DNA from: Prochlorococcus sp. AG-355-B18
GTDB taxonomy: Bacteria > Cyanobacteriota > Cyanobacteriia > PCC-6307 > Cyanobiaceae
Assembly (NCBI GenBank): GCA_003280965.1
Contig: QCDI01000007.1
Location: forward strand, 1-64,000
DNA: 64,000 bases
Direction: 5' to 3'
Shown: positions 50,630 through 59,485 of the stretch, one piece after another
Layout of the letters: each line of letters starts with the position of its first letter
How positions within the stretch are numbered: position 1 is the stretch's first letter
Position numbers and translations under genes: made by a program
Notes under the pieces: generated by a model
The model's input: only the letters and a program-made list of their open reading frames with translations
Told to the model about the DNA's origin: nothing
The model's database searches: none

Positions 50630-53217
50630 TGAATCAGACAACCCTTTCAAGACTTTTAGAATCAGTTTTTTCAGGAGGTGAATTTTCTCCTCAATATACA
50701 AATATAAAGAATGACGATATTAATAAAGTTCTAGAAAGATTACCATTTTCATTATCAAAGTCCCAAAGAGATGCAATATTTAGAGCATTAAAAAATGATA
50801 TTTCCTATATTCAAGGACCCCCGGGAACAGGGAAATCTTTTACTATTTCTGCGCTTGCTATTGCAGGAAGAGAATTAGGACTAAAAGTTTTAGTAGCATC
50901 ACAAAAAACACCAGCAGTTGATATTGTTCATAAAAAATTAACTGATGTGTTAGGCATTTCCTCATGTTTATATCTTGCTAATTCTTATGAGAGAAGAAAA
51001 AATATGAGAGCAGTAATTCAAGATTTGGTAAGTCAATCTCTTGATTTAATGAATCAACTTGCTGAGCGTGAAGAGAGGATTTTATCCGACAAGGTAAACA
51101 GTCTTATTGAAGAAAGACTCGATTATGCTAAAAAAATTAGAATTTATGAATCAGAATTAAAAAATTTCTACACATTAAATATTGATGCAGTCGATCACAG
51201 AGAAAATCTAGAAAAAAATTGGAATGTTAAAGAAGAAATAATAAAAAACATAAAATTAATTTTTGATAAAAATGGAATTATAAAAATTAGAAGATTAGTA
51301 AGTGAATGCGAAAAGATAAGAGATAAAGCAAGAACAAATTCTGGTCAGGTATCTTTATCTGAGGCAGTTAAAATCAAAGTTATTTCTAAGGCAATCGTAG
51401 ATGAGTTGAATTTTGATAATAATGAATATTTGAAACATAAAGAAGAACTTCTTAAGAGTGTAATTAAATATTCTGAGAGTCTGGCAAAAGCAGAAGAAAT
51501 AAAAAATAAAGTAAAAGTTCAACCTCTTGAACAAATAAGAAATTCATTTAATTGGCAAAATGAAAAGATTTATACAAAAGATATTAGTGAATCTATATTG
51601 TCTGAATATTTATCGAAAAGAAATTCAGTCAAGGCAAATAAACTTTTACAAGATAAAAAATATAAAAAATCGTTAGATATTTTTTGTAAGAGATTAAGCG
51701 CAAGAAATAGGAGAAGAATTAAAAAATATAATTCAGAAATTGACTTTAATTGCTTGTTTGAAGTCTTCCAAGTAATTATGGGAGAAATTAAATCGCTACA
51801 TGCTTTCTTGCCATTTGAAGAAGAGTTATTTGATTTGTTGATATTAGATGAAGCATCCCAAGTAAACTTGGCGGAGATATTTCCAGTTCTTTATAGAGCA
51901 AAAAGATTTTGTATTGTTGGTGATCATAAGCAACTAGGAATAAAGGCGGCAGGAGGAATGTTTATAAGTAAGGTTTATGAAAAACTTACTTGGGAGAAAT
52001 ACTTTTCTTCACTTCCTAAATATCCAGTAAGTTACAAAAAAGCAGAAGAGCGAGATTTATTAGTTTCAAGATCATCAATTCTAAATTTAATACGAAATCC
52101 AAGTAATCCCATCACAGCACCACCGATATTGCTTAACGAACATTTTCGTTCTTTACCAATGCTCGCTGAGTTTACAAGTGAACAATTTTATAAAGATGAT
52201 ACTCAAGATGCTGGATTAAGAATAATGACTGCACTTCCAGATAAAAAAGCAATTAATGCTTTTTGTGATGTCCAAGTATCTACAAAAAGAGAAGATGCAC
52301 CAAGTACATTAAACAAAAATAAAAAGTCTCAATTAAACAAAGGGGAAGTTGATAAATCATTTGAAATTATCCAATCAATTGTTAAAAAGAAACCTATTAA
52401 AAAACTTACTGAACAAGTATTTAAAATTCCAGATTTAGTCGATCAAAAAATATCAGTAGGTGTCATTTCCTTCACTCGTGAACAAGTCAGATATATGAAA
52501 AGTGAGGCGGAAAAAAAATTAACTGATGAAGAAGTTGAGTCAATTAATTTAATGATTGGTACTCCAGAGGAATTTCAAGGTAATGAGAGAGATGTAATGA
52601 TTTTTGCTCCCTCAATTGATCCAGATCAAAAAAGATCTAAGGGGCATATGGAAGATCCCAATAGATTTAATGTCGCAACAAGTAGAGCGAGATATTTCAC
52701 ATATTTTGTTCATGGAGCAATACCTTCAAATATGGTTCTTATGCAGAAAATGCTCACAAAAATGGGGCAAGAAAGAAATGAAATCATTCAAAATAAAACT
52801 GGGTTTTTGCCAATAGGATGGACATTAAATGTATCCGATTGCGAAAGTGAATTTGAATTGCGAGTATTTGATGTTTTAAGTAAATTAATTGAAAAAGAAT
52901 TTCCTGATAGACTTTTCCTTTATAACCAAGTAAGAACCTGTGGTTATAGATTAGATTTTGTGATTTACGAAAAATCTACTAAAACAACAATCGGAATTGA
53001 AGTTGACGGGAAACATCATTTTTATGCAGATGATGAAACATATACAGATGATCACCTTGAAAGAGCAAATTCTTTAAAGAGAGGCGGTTGGATTATTAAA
53101 TATCTTCCATATTGGGATTGGTACGATGATGGATGGTTACCTTATGATCATCCACCTGTAGAAGAATTAAGGAATTTTGTCAGACAATTTTTTAATAATA
53201 CTTCTGAAAATCAATAA
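50629..53217 (+). CDS. SF1 Upf1/DNA2-like helicase with C-terminal Vsr/DUF559-like nuclease
   Basis: QGPPGTGKS, DEASQ, VGDHKQL, EHFRS, FQGNERD, RFNVATSRAR; ESEFE...YRLDFV...IEVDG..H. Confidence 0.92.
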   Translation: MNQTTLSRLLESVFSGGEFSPQYTNIKNDDINKVLERLPFSLSKSQRDAIFRALKNDISYIQGPPGTGKSFTISALAIAGRELGLKVLVASQKTPAVDIVHKKLTDVLGISSCLYLANSYERRKNMRAVIQDLVSQSLDLMNQLAEREERILSDKVNSLIEERLDYAKKIRIYESELKNFYTLNIDAVDHRENLEKNWNVKEEIIKNIKLIFDKNGIIKIRRLVSECEKIRDKARTNSGQVSLSEAVKIKVISKAIVDELNFDNNEYLKHKEELLKSVIKYSESLAKAEEIKNKVKVQPLEQIRNSFNWQNEKIYTKDISESILSEYLSKRNSVKANKLLQDKKYKKSLDIFCKRLSARNRRRIKKYNSEIDFNCLFEVFQVIMGEIKSLHAFLPFEEELFDLLILDEASQVNLAEIFPVLYRAKRFCIVGDHKQLGIKAAGGMFISKVYEKLTWEKYFSSLPKYPVSYKKAEERDLLVSRSSILNLIRNPSNPITAPPILLNEHFRSLPMLAEFTSEQFYKDDTQDAGLRIMTALPDKKAINAFCDVQVSTKREDAPSTLNKNKKSQLNKGEVDKSFEIIQSIVKKKPIKKLTEQVFKIPDLVDQKISVGVISFTREQVRYMKSEAEKKLTDEEVESINLMIGTPEEFQGNERDVMIFAPSIDPDQKRSKGHMEDPNRFNVATSRARYFTYFVHGAIPSNMVLMQKMLTKMGQERNEIIQNKTGFLPIGWTLNVSDCESEFELRVFDVLSKLIEKEFPDRLFLYNQVRTCGYRLDFVIYEKSTKTTIGIEVDGKHHFYADDETYTDDHLERANSLKRGGWIIKYLPYWDWYDDGWLPYDHPPVEELRNFVRQFFNNTSENQ

Positions 53218-53296
53218 TTAAATTTTTGATCAGTTTCAACTTAGAAGGTCTCAAAAAAATTAAATTGTATTACATTAGTAAAAATATCTTTTAACA

Positions 53297-53671
53297 ATGC
53301 CTAGTAAGCATGGCAACAAAATTTATAAACAGATTTTGTTAGATCCGGGAATGTATATTCTATTAGAAAAACTTGCTGGAGACCAAAAAAAAGTATCCTC
53401 TCTTATAAGAAAAGTAGTATATGAATGGATAGAAACACAAGTTGATAAATCAGAATTTCAAGCAGCAAAAGCACTTGATGATGCTTTATGGCAACAATCT
53501 ATCCTAAACAGAATTGATGGAAGAAAGAAAAATAATCAAAAGTCGATAATTGATAGTTCTAAAAATGAAAAAATTAAAAGCAATGAGAAAAAAGAAAATA
53601 ATTTCCAATATTTAATAGATCCTGAAATTATGATAAAAAATCTCAAAAATATAATCAAAAAAGATAGGTGA
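53297..53671 (+). CDS. Hypothetical protein, RHH-like N-terminus
   Basis: YKQILLDP...LEKLA...VSSLIRKVVYEWI. Confidence 0.65.
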   Translation: MPSKHGNKIYKQILLDPGMYILLEKLAGDQKKVSSLIRKVVYEWIETQVDKSEFQAAKALDDALWQQSILNRIDGRKKNNQKSIIDSSKNEKIKSNEKKENNFQYLIDPEIMIKNLKNIIKKDR

Positions 53672-53791
53672 TTAGTGAATTAGATAGGAATTGATCCTAA
53701 TGCCAAAGTCAAAGTTGATGATGAGATGAAAAATTATTTAACTAAGCATCGCGAGCAATTTAGAGAAATCTTAGAGAATTAAACATTAAAT

Positions 53792-53857
53792 AAGAGGGCA
53801 TGAGTTTGCCCTCTTCGAGTCTTATGCACCTCGCTGTCCACAAAGTCGATGAAGTGC
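53792..53857 (-). ncRNA. Candidate structured RNA or terminator pair
   Basis: Hairpins AAGAGGGCA/TGCCCTCTT and GCACCTC/GAAGTGC in an ORF-free gap. Confidence 0.35.
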
Positions 53858-53999
53858 TTTTGACTCCTGAATTATTTCTACTCCTGCTGAATAGAAAAAG
53901 ATAGTCGTACAAACCATAAAGCACTAATACTCGGGTATTAATACCCTATGAATTTCAAGAAAAAAGGAGGAGAATATAGGTATAGATCTAGGAGGTCTT

Positions 54000-54182
54000 A
54001 TGAAACTATTCAATCAATTCAATGTTCTTCCAAGATACCTAACTGCATTTAATTATGCAGGGTTAAACTTGAACGAGACTCCAAAAGAATTAGAGCAATG
54101 TCCTCAAGAATTCCAAAACTTTTGGGATAAGGAATGTAGAGAACATCCGACTAACCAGAATTGTTTAATTTATTGCGACTGA
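54000..54182 (+). CDS. Small protein with CP12-like C-terminal Cys loop
   Basis: AGGAGG RBS; ends CREHPTNQNCLIYCD. Confidence 0.7.
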   Translation: MKLFNQFNVLPRYLTAFNYAGLNLNETPKELEQCPQEFQNFWDKECREHPTNQNCLIYCD

Positions 54183-54184
54183 GT

Positions 54185-55465
54185 TTAAATTATTAATCCT
54201 TGGTTAACCAAAGTTTTTGACCACCATTCCATAAATTCTTTTCTTTTATCTAAAAGAGTTGAACGATCATAATGACCGCGAGTGCCATTTAGATGTCCCA
54301 TTCTTCCCAATTGGCGATCAATAACCTCATAATCAAAATCAGATTTTTCTAATGCTGAAGTTGTAATTACACTTCGCCATTGATGAGCAGATTGTTTGTC
54401 TTTCCAACCAAGATTTTTGAAATGGTCATTGATAGTTTCAGTTCCAATATGATGAACATTTTTGCTTTTTAATGAATAAAAACAATATTTTTGCCATCCT
54501 GTTATCTCTCTTACCTTTGCCATAAGTTTATTAATTTCAGGAGTCGAAGGAATCACATGATCGTTTAATAAATCATCTTTTTTTCTTTTCAATCCTGATG
54601 TTTGCGAAGGGATAATCCACTCATCATTTTCAGAGTTATACCAATCCCATTCAAGGCATGAAATAACGCCTGTCCTGATGCACATTAGTATATGTGCTTT
54701 AGTTGCTAGATCAGTAATTATTGAAGCATTACAGGCGTTCTCATTGACCGATTGAATGAACTCTGGAAGCATACCCCATGAATTTTTTGTAATTCTTTTT
54801 GCAAAAGTTTTATCTGATATTTTTCTTTGATTTCCTGTTTCCCATTGGAACTTTTTGAATACTGGATTTTGATTTGGTCTTATGTAAGTTTCATCTTCTG
54901 CGTAATTAAAAATCTGACTTAAAAGTTGCCTACATCTTGTTAATTGAACAGGAGAATTATGAAAAAGAGTTTTCAACATATTGGAAATATATTTCCTTCC
55001 ATCTTTTTCAATTTCTAAATCAGAAATTAGTTTTTCATCTCCAATAAATTTGAGCATCTGGTTTATTTTGTTTGATCTATCTTGATATGTTCTTTCTTTA
55101 TTCTTCGGTTTAAAAACATCCTCAAGAAATTCAAGTGCAACATCCTTGAATGTTTTTTCACTTACTTTTTCTTCTTCTTCTTTGCCAAATAATTTTGGAT
55201 CTTTATTATTTTCTTTGCTCCAACTTTTAATCGAATACCATTTTTCAAGAGCATCTTGTACTAGAACTTCTCTTTCAAAAACTCCTATTGAAATTGCAAT
55301 TTTTTTACCAGAAGCATTAAAAGGAAATTTCATTCTTCCTTGAAAATATCTTGATTTACCTCTCTTAATTACTGATAAACCACTATTAGGAGAAACAGGA
55401 TAAGATTTATCCTCTTTTAATTTCCTAATCTTTGAATCTGTATTAGCGAAAAAAGTAGAAGTCAT
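54185..55465 (-). CDS. P4-like tyrosine integrase
   Basis: CIRTG, HQWR, GHYDRS...RKEFMEWW; start at 55465 supported by AGGAGG RBS and TAATG overlap with AlpA. Confidence 0.92.
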   Translation of the reverse strand: MTSTFFANTDSKIRKLKEDKSYPVSPNSGLSVIKRGKSRYFQGRMKFPFNASGKKIAISIGVFEREVLVQDALEKWYSIKSWSKENNKDPKLFGKEEEEKVSEKTFKDVALEFLEDVFKPKNKERTYQDRSNKINQMLKFIGDEKLISDLEIEKDGRKYISNMLKTLFHNSPVQLTRCRQLLSQIFNYAEDETYIRPNQNPVFKKFQWETGNQRKISDKTFAKRITKNSWGMLPEFIQSVNENACNASIITDLATKAHILMCIRTGVISCLEWDWYNSENDEWIIPSQTSGLKRKKDDLLNDHVIPSTPEINKLMAKVREITGWQKYCFYSLKSKNVHHIGTETINDHFKNLGWKDKQSAHQWRSVITTSALEKSDFDYEVIDRQLGRMGHLNGTRGHYDRSTLLDKRKEFMEWWSKTLVNQGLII

Positions 55466-55674
55466 TACTGCCATCCTCCTCTTTTGCCTTGTAACCATTC
55501 CACTATTTGGAACACCCAAAAACCTACTCTGCCTTCAGATAGTTTTCTCTTTGGAGGAAATGTTTTCCCTGCTGTTCTGTTTATGGTTGAAGTTGAAATT
55601 CCACACTCTGCACAAGCACCAGAAATGGACAAATGATGACGACCCATATCGCCTTTCACATTGAATTGATACAT
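55465..55674 (-). CDS. AlpA-family excisionase/regulator
   Basis: CGISTSTINR...FPPKRKLSEGRVGFWVFQIVEWL; start moved downstream of the promoter. Confidence 0.85.
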   Translation of the reverse strand: MYQFNVKGDMGRHHLSISGACAECGISTSTINRTAGKTFPPKRKLSEGRVGFWVFQIVEWLQGKRGGWQ

Positions 55675-55700
55675 GAATAAATTAATTACAAACGGACTTA

Positions 55701-55724
55701 AGTTGACCCTTTTGGGTCTATTCA
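55701..55724 (-). repeat. 24-bp leader hairpin motif, copy 2
   Basis: Plus strand AGTTGACCCTTTTGGGTCTATTCA. Confidence 0.85.
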
Positions 55725-55795
55725 ATTTTTTGGTCAATATTGCTTTCTTAAATTCGGGCGTATCTACCTGATCTTGCCTTCCTTTATACCCTAAT

Positions 55796-55824
55796 ATTAT
55801 AGCACTAGATTGTAGTCGTGTCAA
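55796..55824 (-). promoter_or_regulatory. Consensus sigma70 promoter for alpA-int
   Basis: TTGACA (55824-55819), 17-bp spacer, TATAAT (55801-55796), with extended TGn. Confidence 0.85.
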
Positions 55825-55849
55825 CTGTTCTGGGGGAATTCGACCCCAA

Positions 55850-55873
55850 AAAATGACCTCTAAAATGACCTCT
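55850..55873 (+). repeat. 12-bp tandem repeat AAAATGACCTCT, two copies
   Basis: Read directly from sequence. Confidence 0.7.
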
Positions 55874-55901
55874 GGAATGGGTCTTTCAAATAAAAAGTTC
55901 A

Positions 55902-55921
55902 TGGTCGTGAAATGGTCGTGA
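55902..55921 (+). repeat. Two TGGTCGTGA repeats (probable integrase arm sites)
   Basis: Copies at 55902 and 55913. Confidence 0.8.
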
Positions 55922-55992
55922 AATATATCTTTTTCTTCGATTTCTTATATCAGGTTCAGTCAGGCACTATCACGAAATATCAACCCGACTTT

Positions 55993-56005
55993 CGCCCGGG
56001 GAGTT
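55993..56005 (+). repeat. attR core, duplicated tRNA-Asn 3' end
   Basis: CGCCCGGGGAGTT. Confidence 0.92.
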
Positions 56006-56027
56006 TATAAATACTAAAAAGTTATCC

Positions 56028-56055
56028 AAAGTCACCCTAATAAGGTGACTTTTTT
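56028..56055 (+). terminator. Displaced native tRNA-Asn terminator
   Basis: AAAGTCACC-7nt-GGTGACTTT followed by Ts, just after attR. Confidence 0.8.
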
Positions 56056-56339
56056 ACTTCTTTGCCCCCTTTCCTATCAAATAGTGGTTAGCCGAAAATA
56101 TAATCAAGTATATTTGATATAATATTAAGAACAGTATTTAGAACATTAAAAATCATCAATTAATAAAAATCTTAAAAATGATTAATTATTATAAAAAATG
56201 TTTTTTTGGAACAGTAATCAGAACATTTACTTAATTCTCCATAAAAATGAAAAAATAAGCTCTTTGATTGATCTTCAATTTTAAAATTAAGACATATTTT
56301 TGTTTGTATCGTTTGAGTTAATACACCATTAAGCAGATT

Positions 56340-56699
56340 CTAGTCATCCCACATATCCTTTTTATCTTGATCCAAATTATTCCTTTCAAGTAATTCTATT
56401 CTTTGCTTTTGAGAATCTATTTCTGTTTCAATTACGTTTTTATCGTCAATGTATTTTGTTTGTATTTCTAAGATATTTATTTCAAATTGTTCTCCAAAAA
56501 AATCTGACATTTCTCTCCATGCTTCCATTTCCTCTTCTTTGCCAATAGTATCGTTTATCTGATGAGAAATAATTTCTAATACATATTGTTTAAGTTCTTG
56601 ATGACTCATCGATTCAACTTTTTTTTGAATGTAAAGTTCTTTAAGAGTTTCTAGTTGTTTTTTTGATAAGTCAGAATAGATAATAGACTTCTTTTTCAT
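56340..56699 (-). CDS. Hypothetical protein
   Basis: Acidic 119-aa ORF ending DMWDD. Confidence 0.7.
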   Translation of the reverse strand: MKKKSIIYSDLSKKQLETLKELYIQKKVESMSHQELKQYVLEIISHQINDTIGKEEEMEAWREMSDFFGEQFEINILEIQTKYIDDKNVIETEIDSQKQRIELLERNNLDQDKKDMWDD

Positions 56700-57102
56700 A
56701 GATAATTAAATTTTTTTCAATATAGACAAAATTAAGAATTTAAACATTTTGGAGAAATTAAAAAATTTTAAACTTAGTTAATTCTTATTTAAAAATAGAA
56801 AATCTCCAATAAATACAATTTTTTTGAAAACTTATAATGGCAATCTGATTTAGATATTCTTTCAATTTGAACCATTATTTGTTTCTAATAATCCTTTGAT
56901 TATTAAGAAAAAGTAAATAGAATCGAAAGAAATTATAAAATTTAAACTAATTTAAAATTACAATTTCTTTCTAATCCCCTGTAATTATTGAATTATTTGA
57001 TAAAACAATTGATAAAATTGTTTACACAAATTCAGCAATCTCTATAAATTCTTGAGAGAATCGTATTACCAAAACTTTATTTTAATTTAATAGTTTATAA
57101 AT

Positions 57103-57885
57103 ATGAAAATTTCAATCCTCTTAATCGAAGATGATCGTGATATGCGTGATTTAGTGGCAGGGCATTTAGAACATTCTGGATTCGATGTTCAAAAAGCTGA
57201 AGATGGAATTAAAGGACAAGCTTTAGCTCTTCAATACTCACCTGATTTAATACTTTTAGATTTAATGTTGCCAAGTGTTGATGGATTAACTTTATGCCAG
57301 CGACTTAGAAGGGATGAAAGAACATCAAATATCCCAATTTTGATGATAACTGCACTAGGTGGCCTTAAAGATAAAGTGACTGGGTTTAATTCAGGAGCAG
57401 ATGATTACATTACAAAACCATTTGATCTAGAAGAGTTACATGTGCGCATAAAAGCATTATTGAGGAGAACAAACAGAGCACAATTGAATTCTAGTAACCA
57501 GCAAGAAATACTAAATTATGGCCCTTTGACTCTTGTTCCTGAGAGATTTGAAGCTATCTGGTTTGAATCACCTGTTAGATTAACGCATCTTGAGTTTGAA
57601 TTGCTCCATTGCCTTTTGCAGAGGCATGGTCAAACTGTATCGCCAGCATTAATTCTTAAAGAAGTATGGGGATATGAACCTGATGATGATATTGAGACAA
57701 TAAGAGTTCATATTAGACACTTACGCACTAAGCTAGAGCCGGATCCACGTAAACCTTTATACATAAAAACTGTATATGGCGCGGGATATTGTCTTGAGCT
57801 ACCCATCGGTTCTCAAGTCGAAACTGCAAGGCAAGAGTTTATTCAAGCAAGAAATCCGAATTTGATAAATTCTGCTGTTGATTGA
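57103..57885 (+). CDS. rpaA: OmpR-family response regulator RpaA
   Basis: [37 protein letters not shown]. Confidence 0.9.
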   Translation: MKISILLIEDDRDMRDLVAGHLEHSGFDVQKAEDGIKGQALALQYSPDLILLDLMLPSVDGLTLCQRLRRDERTSNIPILMITALGGLKDKVTGFNSGADDYITKPFDLEELHVRIKALLRRTNRAQLNSSNQQEILNYGPLTLVPERFEAIWFESPVRLTHLEFELLHCLLQRHGQTVSPALILKEVWGYEPDDDIETIRVHIRHLRTKLEPDPRKPLYIKTVYGAGYCLELPIGSQVETARQEFIQARNPNLINSAVD

Positions 57886-57887
57886 TT

Positions 57888-58850
57888 TTATGTATGTTGC
57901 ATTGAAATTTTTAAAAAAGTAACTTCCCAAGCTAACCTAGGTTGAATCTTTTGTTTTAAGAGGTATTTTAAATTTTCAAGCTTTTTTACTACATCAATGT
58001 TTTTTGTCTTTCTCCACCAAATATTTTGAATTAAATTGACTAAATAAATCTGTTGATAAATCTCTAATTTTTCAGATATTAACTTTGAGATCTCTAATAT
58101 TTCAAGACTACTTTTTATTGGAGAATCTAATTTATTTATAATTTCATCTGAAAAATCATTCCAAATTTCAATATTTTTCAATAATTGATTTGGAGATCCA
58201 TTTGCAGAGTTTATTAAATCATCAAATTTAAAATTTGAATTTCTATTTAATTTGGAAGTATCAAAATATTCTTTTAAAATTGACTTTAATTGTTTACTAG
58301 AAAAAGATCGAAATCTGACGATTTGACATCTTGAGATGATCGTTTCTAAGAGAAGGTTTAATTTAGACGTTAGTAAAATAAAAATCCCGTTACTAGGTTC
58401 TTCTAAGGTTTTTAAAAGGCAATTTGAGGCTGCTTCGTTTAAGAGGTGTGCATCAATAATCAAAACAACTTTTTTTTCTGAGTTTATTGATTTTTGACTA
58501 AGAAAAGTTTTGATATTACGTATTTGAGAAATTTTAATAATCTCTGATTCACTTTTTATTTTTTTTTCAAGATCGAAACTTCCTAAACTTTTTGCTGCCA
58601 AAAGAGAATCAGGTTCAATAATTAAAAAATCAGGATGGTTATTGTTTGTAATTCTCTCTTCAACATTTCCGCTTGCTGAAGAATGTTTGAAAATCTCTTT
58701 TATAAATTGAAGAGCAGTTTGCTTTTTACCTAATCCTTCAGCACCATAAAATATATAACCATTTGCCAATGATTTGTTTTTAATTATGTTTTTAAGAAAG
58801 GTATTGACTTCTTCATTCAAGAAAAAATTATTTTTTTTAACTTCAATCAT
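57888..58850 (-). CDS. holB: DNA polymerase III delta' subunit
   Basis: [23 protein letters not shown]; downstream of tmk. Confidence 0.9.
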   Translation of the reverse strand: MIEVKKNNFFLNEEVNTFLKNIIKNKSLANGYIFYGAEGLGKKQTALQFIKEIFKHSSASGNVEERITNNNHPDFLIIEPDSLLAAKSLGSFDLEKKIKSESEIIKISQIRNIKTFLSQKSINSEKKVVLIIDAHLLNEAASNCLLKTLEEPSNGIFILLTSKLNLLLETIISRCQIVRFRSFSSKQLKSILKEYFDTSKLNRNSNFKFDDLINSANGSPNQLLKNIEIWNDFSDEIINKLDSPIKSSLEILEISKLISEKLEIYQQIYLVNLIQNIWWRKTKNIDVVKKLENLKYLLKQKIQPRLAWEVTFLKISMQHT

Positions 58851-59485
58851 TTGTTATTAGAAAAATTATTTAGCAAAGTCTCTTTAATTTGATTTGAAAT
58901 AGTTTTAATATTTTGTGAAGCAGATATTACTTTCCAATTTTTTTGTTTGGCAATTAGTTTGAAGCCCTCATTTACTTTTTCTAAAAATCTAATACCTTCT
59001 GATTCTATTCTGTCTGGAATTTCATTTTTTCTTCGGAATATGCTCTCTTCTGGAGAAATTTCTAAGAAGAAAGTTATATCTGGAGATGCCCCTTGACACA
59101 CAATAGATTCAATATTTTTAATTATTTCTAAATTTATATTTCTTCCATAACCTTGATAAGCCAGTGTGGAATCGGAAAATCTATCACTTATTACCCAATC
59201 ATTGTTATTTAAAGCAGGTGAGATAATTTTGGAAACATGTTCAGCTCTATCTGCTGAATAAAGCAATAATTCTGCAAGAGATGAAGGCTTGTTATTTTCA
59301 TCATTATCAAGAATCAGTGCTCTAAGTTTTTTTCCTAAAAGGCTGCCTCCAGGCTCTCTTGTTGTGATTAATTTAGACCCTTTCTTTATTAGACCACTAT
59401 TAGGAAGCCATTTAGATAGTTCATCTATTTGGGTAGTTTTACCACATCCATCAATACCCTCAATAACTATAAATTTTCCCTTCAT
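58847..59485 (-). CDS. tmk: Thymidylate kinase
   Basis: [28 protein letters not shown]. Confidence 0.95.
   Translation of the reverse strand: MKGKFIVIEGIDGCGKTTQIDELSKWLPNSGLIKKGSKLITTREPGGSLLGKKLRALILDNDENNKPSSLAELLLYSADRAEHVSKIISPALNNNDWVISDRFSDSTLAYQGYGRNINLEIIKNIESIVCQGASPDITFFLEISPEESIFRRKNEIPDRIESEGIRFLEKVNEGFKLIAKQKNWKVISASQNIKTISNQIKETLLNNFSNNK

Larger units (their letters stand above)
42963..56005. mobile_element. ~13-kb tRNA-Asn-integrated element with tyrosine integrase (tycheposon-like cargo island)
   Basis: att direct repeats, arm-type repeats at both ends, integrase plus AlpA, accessory genes interrupting core-type genes. Confidence 0.92.

Noticed and set aside
53684..53782. 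32-codon open frame IGIDPNAKVK...EILEN
   Set aside because: No start codon directly after the preceding stop; possibly a gene remnant but cannot be supported
55466..55519. Track's longer integrase N-terminus (TTG start)
   Set aside because: It overlaps alpA; the ATG at 55465 has an RBS and stop-start coupling
55675..55902. 145-aa long form of the AlpA ORF
   Set aside because: It would begin inside an arm repeat and run across a perfect promoter and the leader hairpin; the AlpA domain occupies only the last ~69 aa
56056..57102. Very AT-rich gaps around the 119-aa gene as part of the element
   Set aside because: They lie outside attR with no repeats or mobility genes, and look like ordinary intergenic or rpaA upstream DNA
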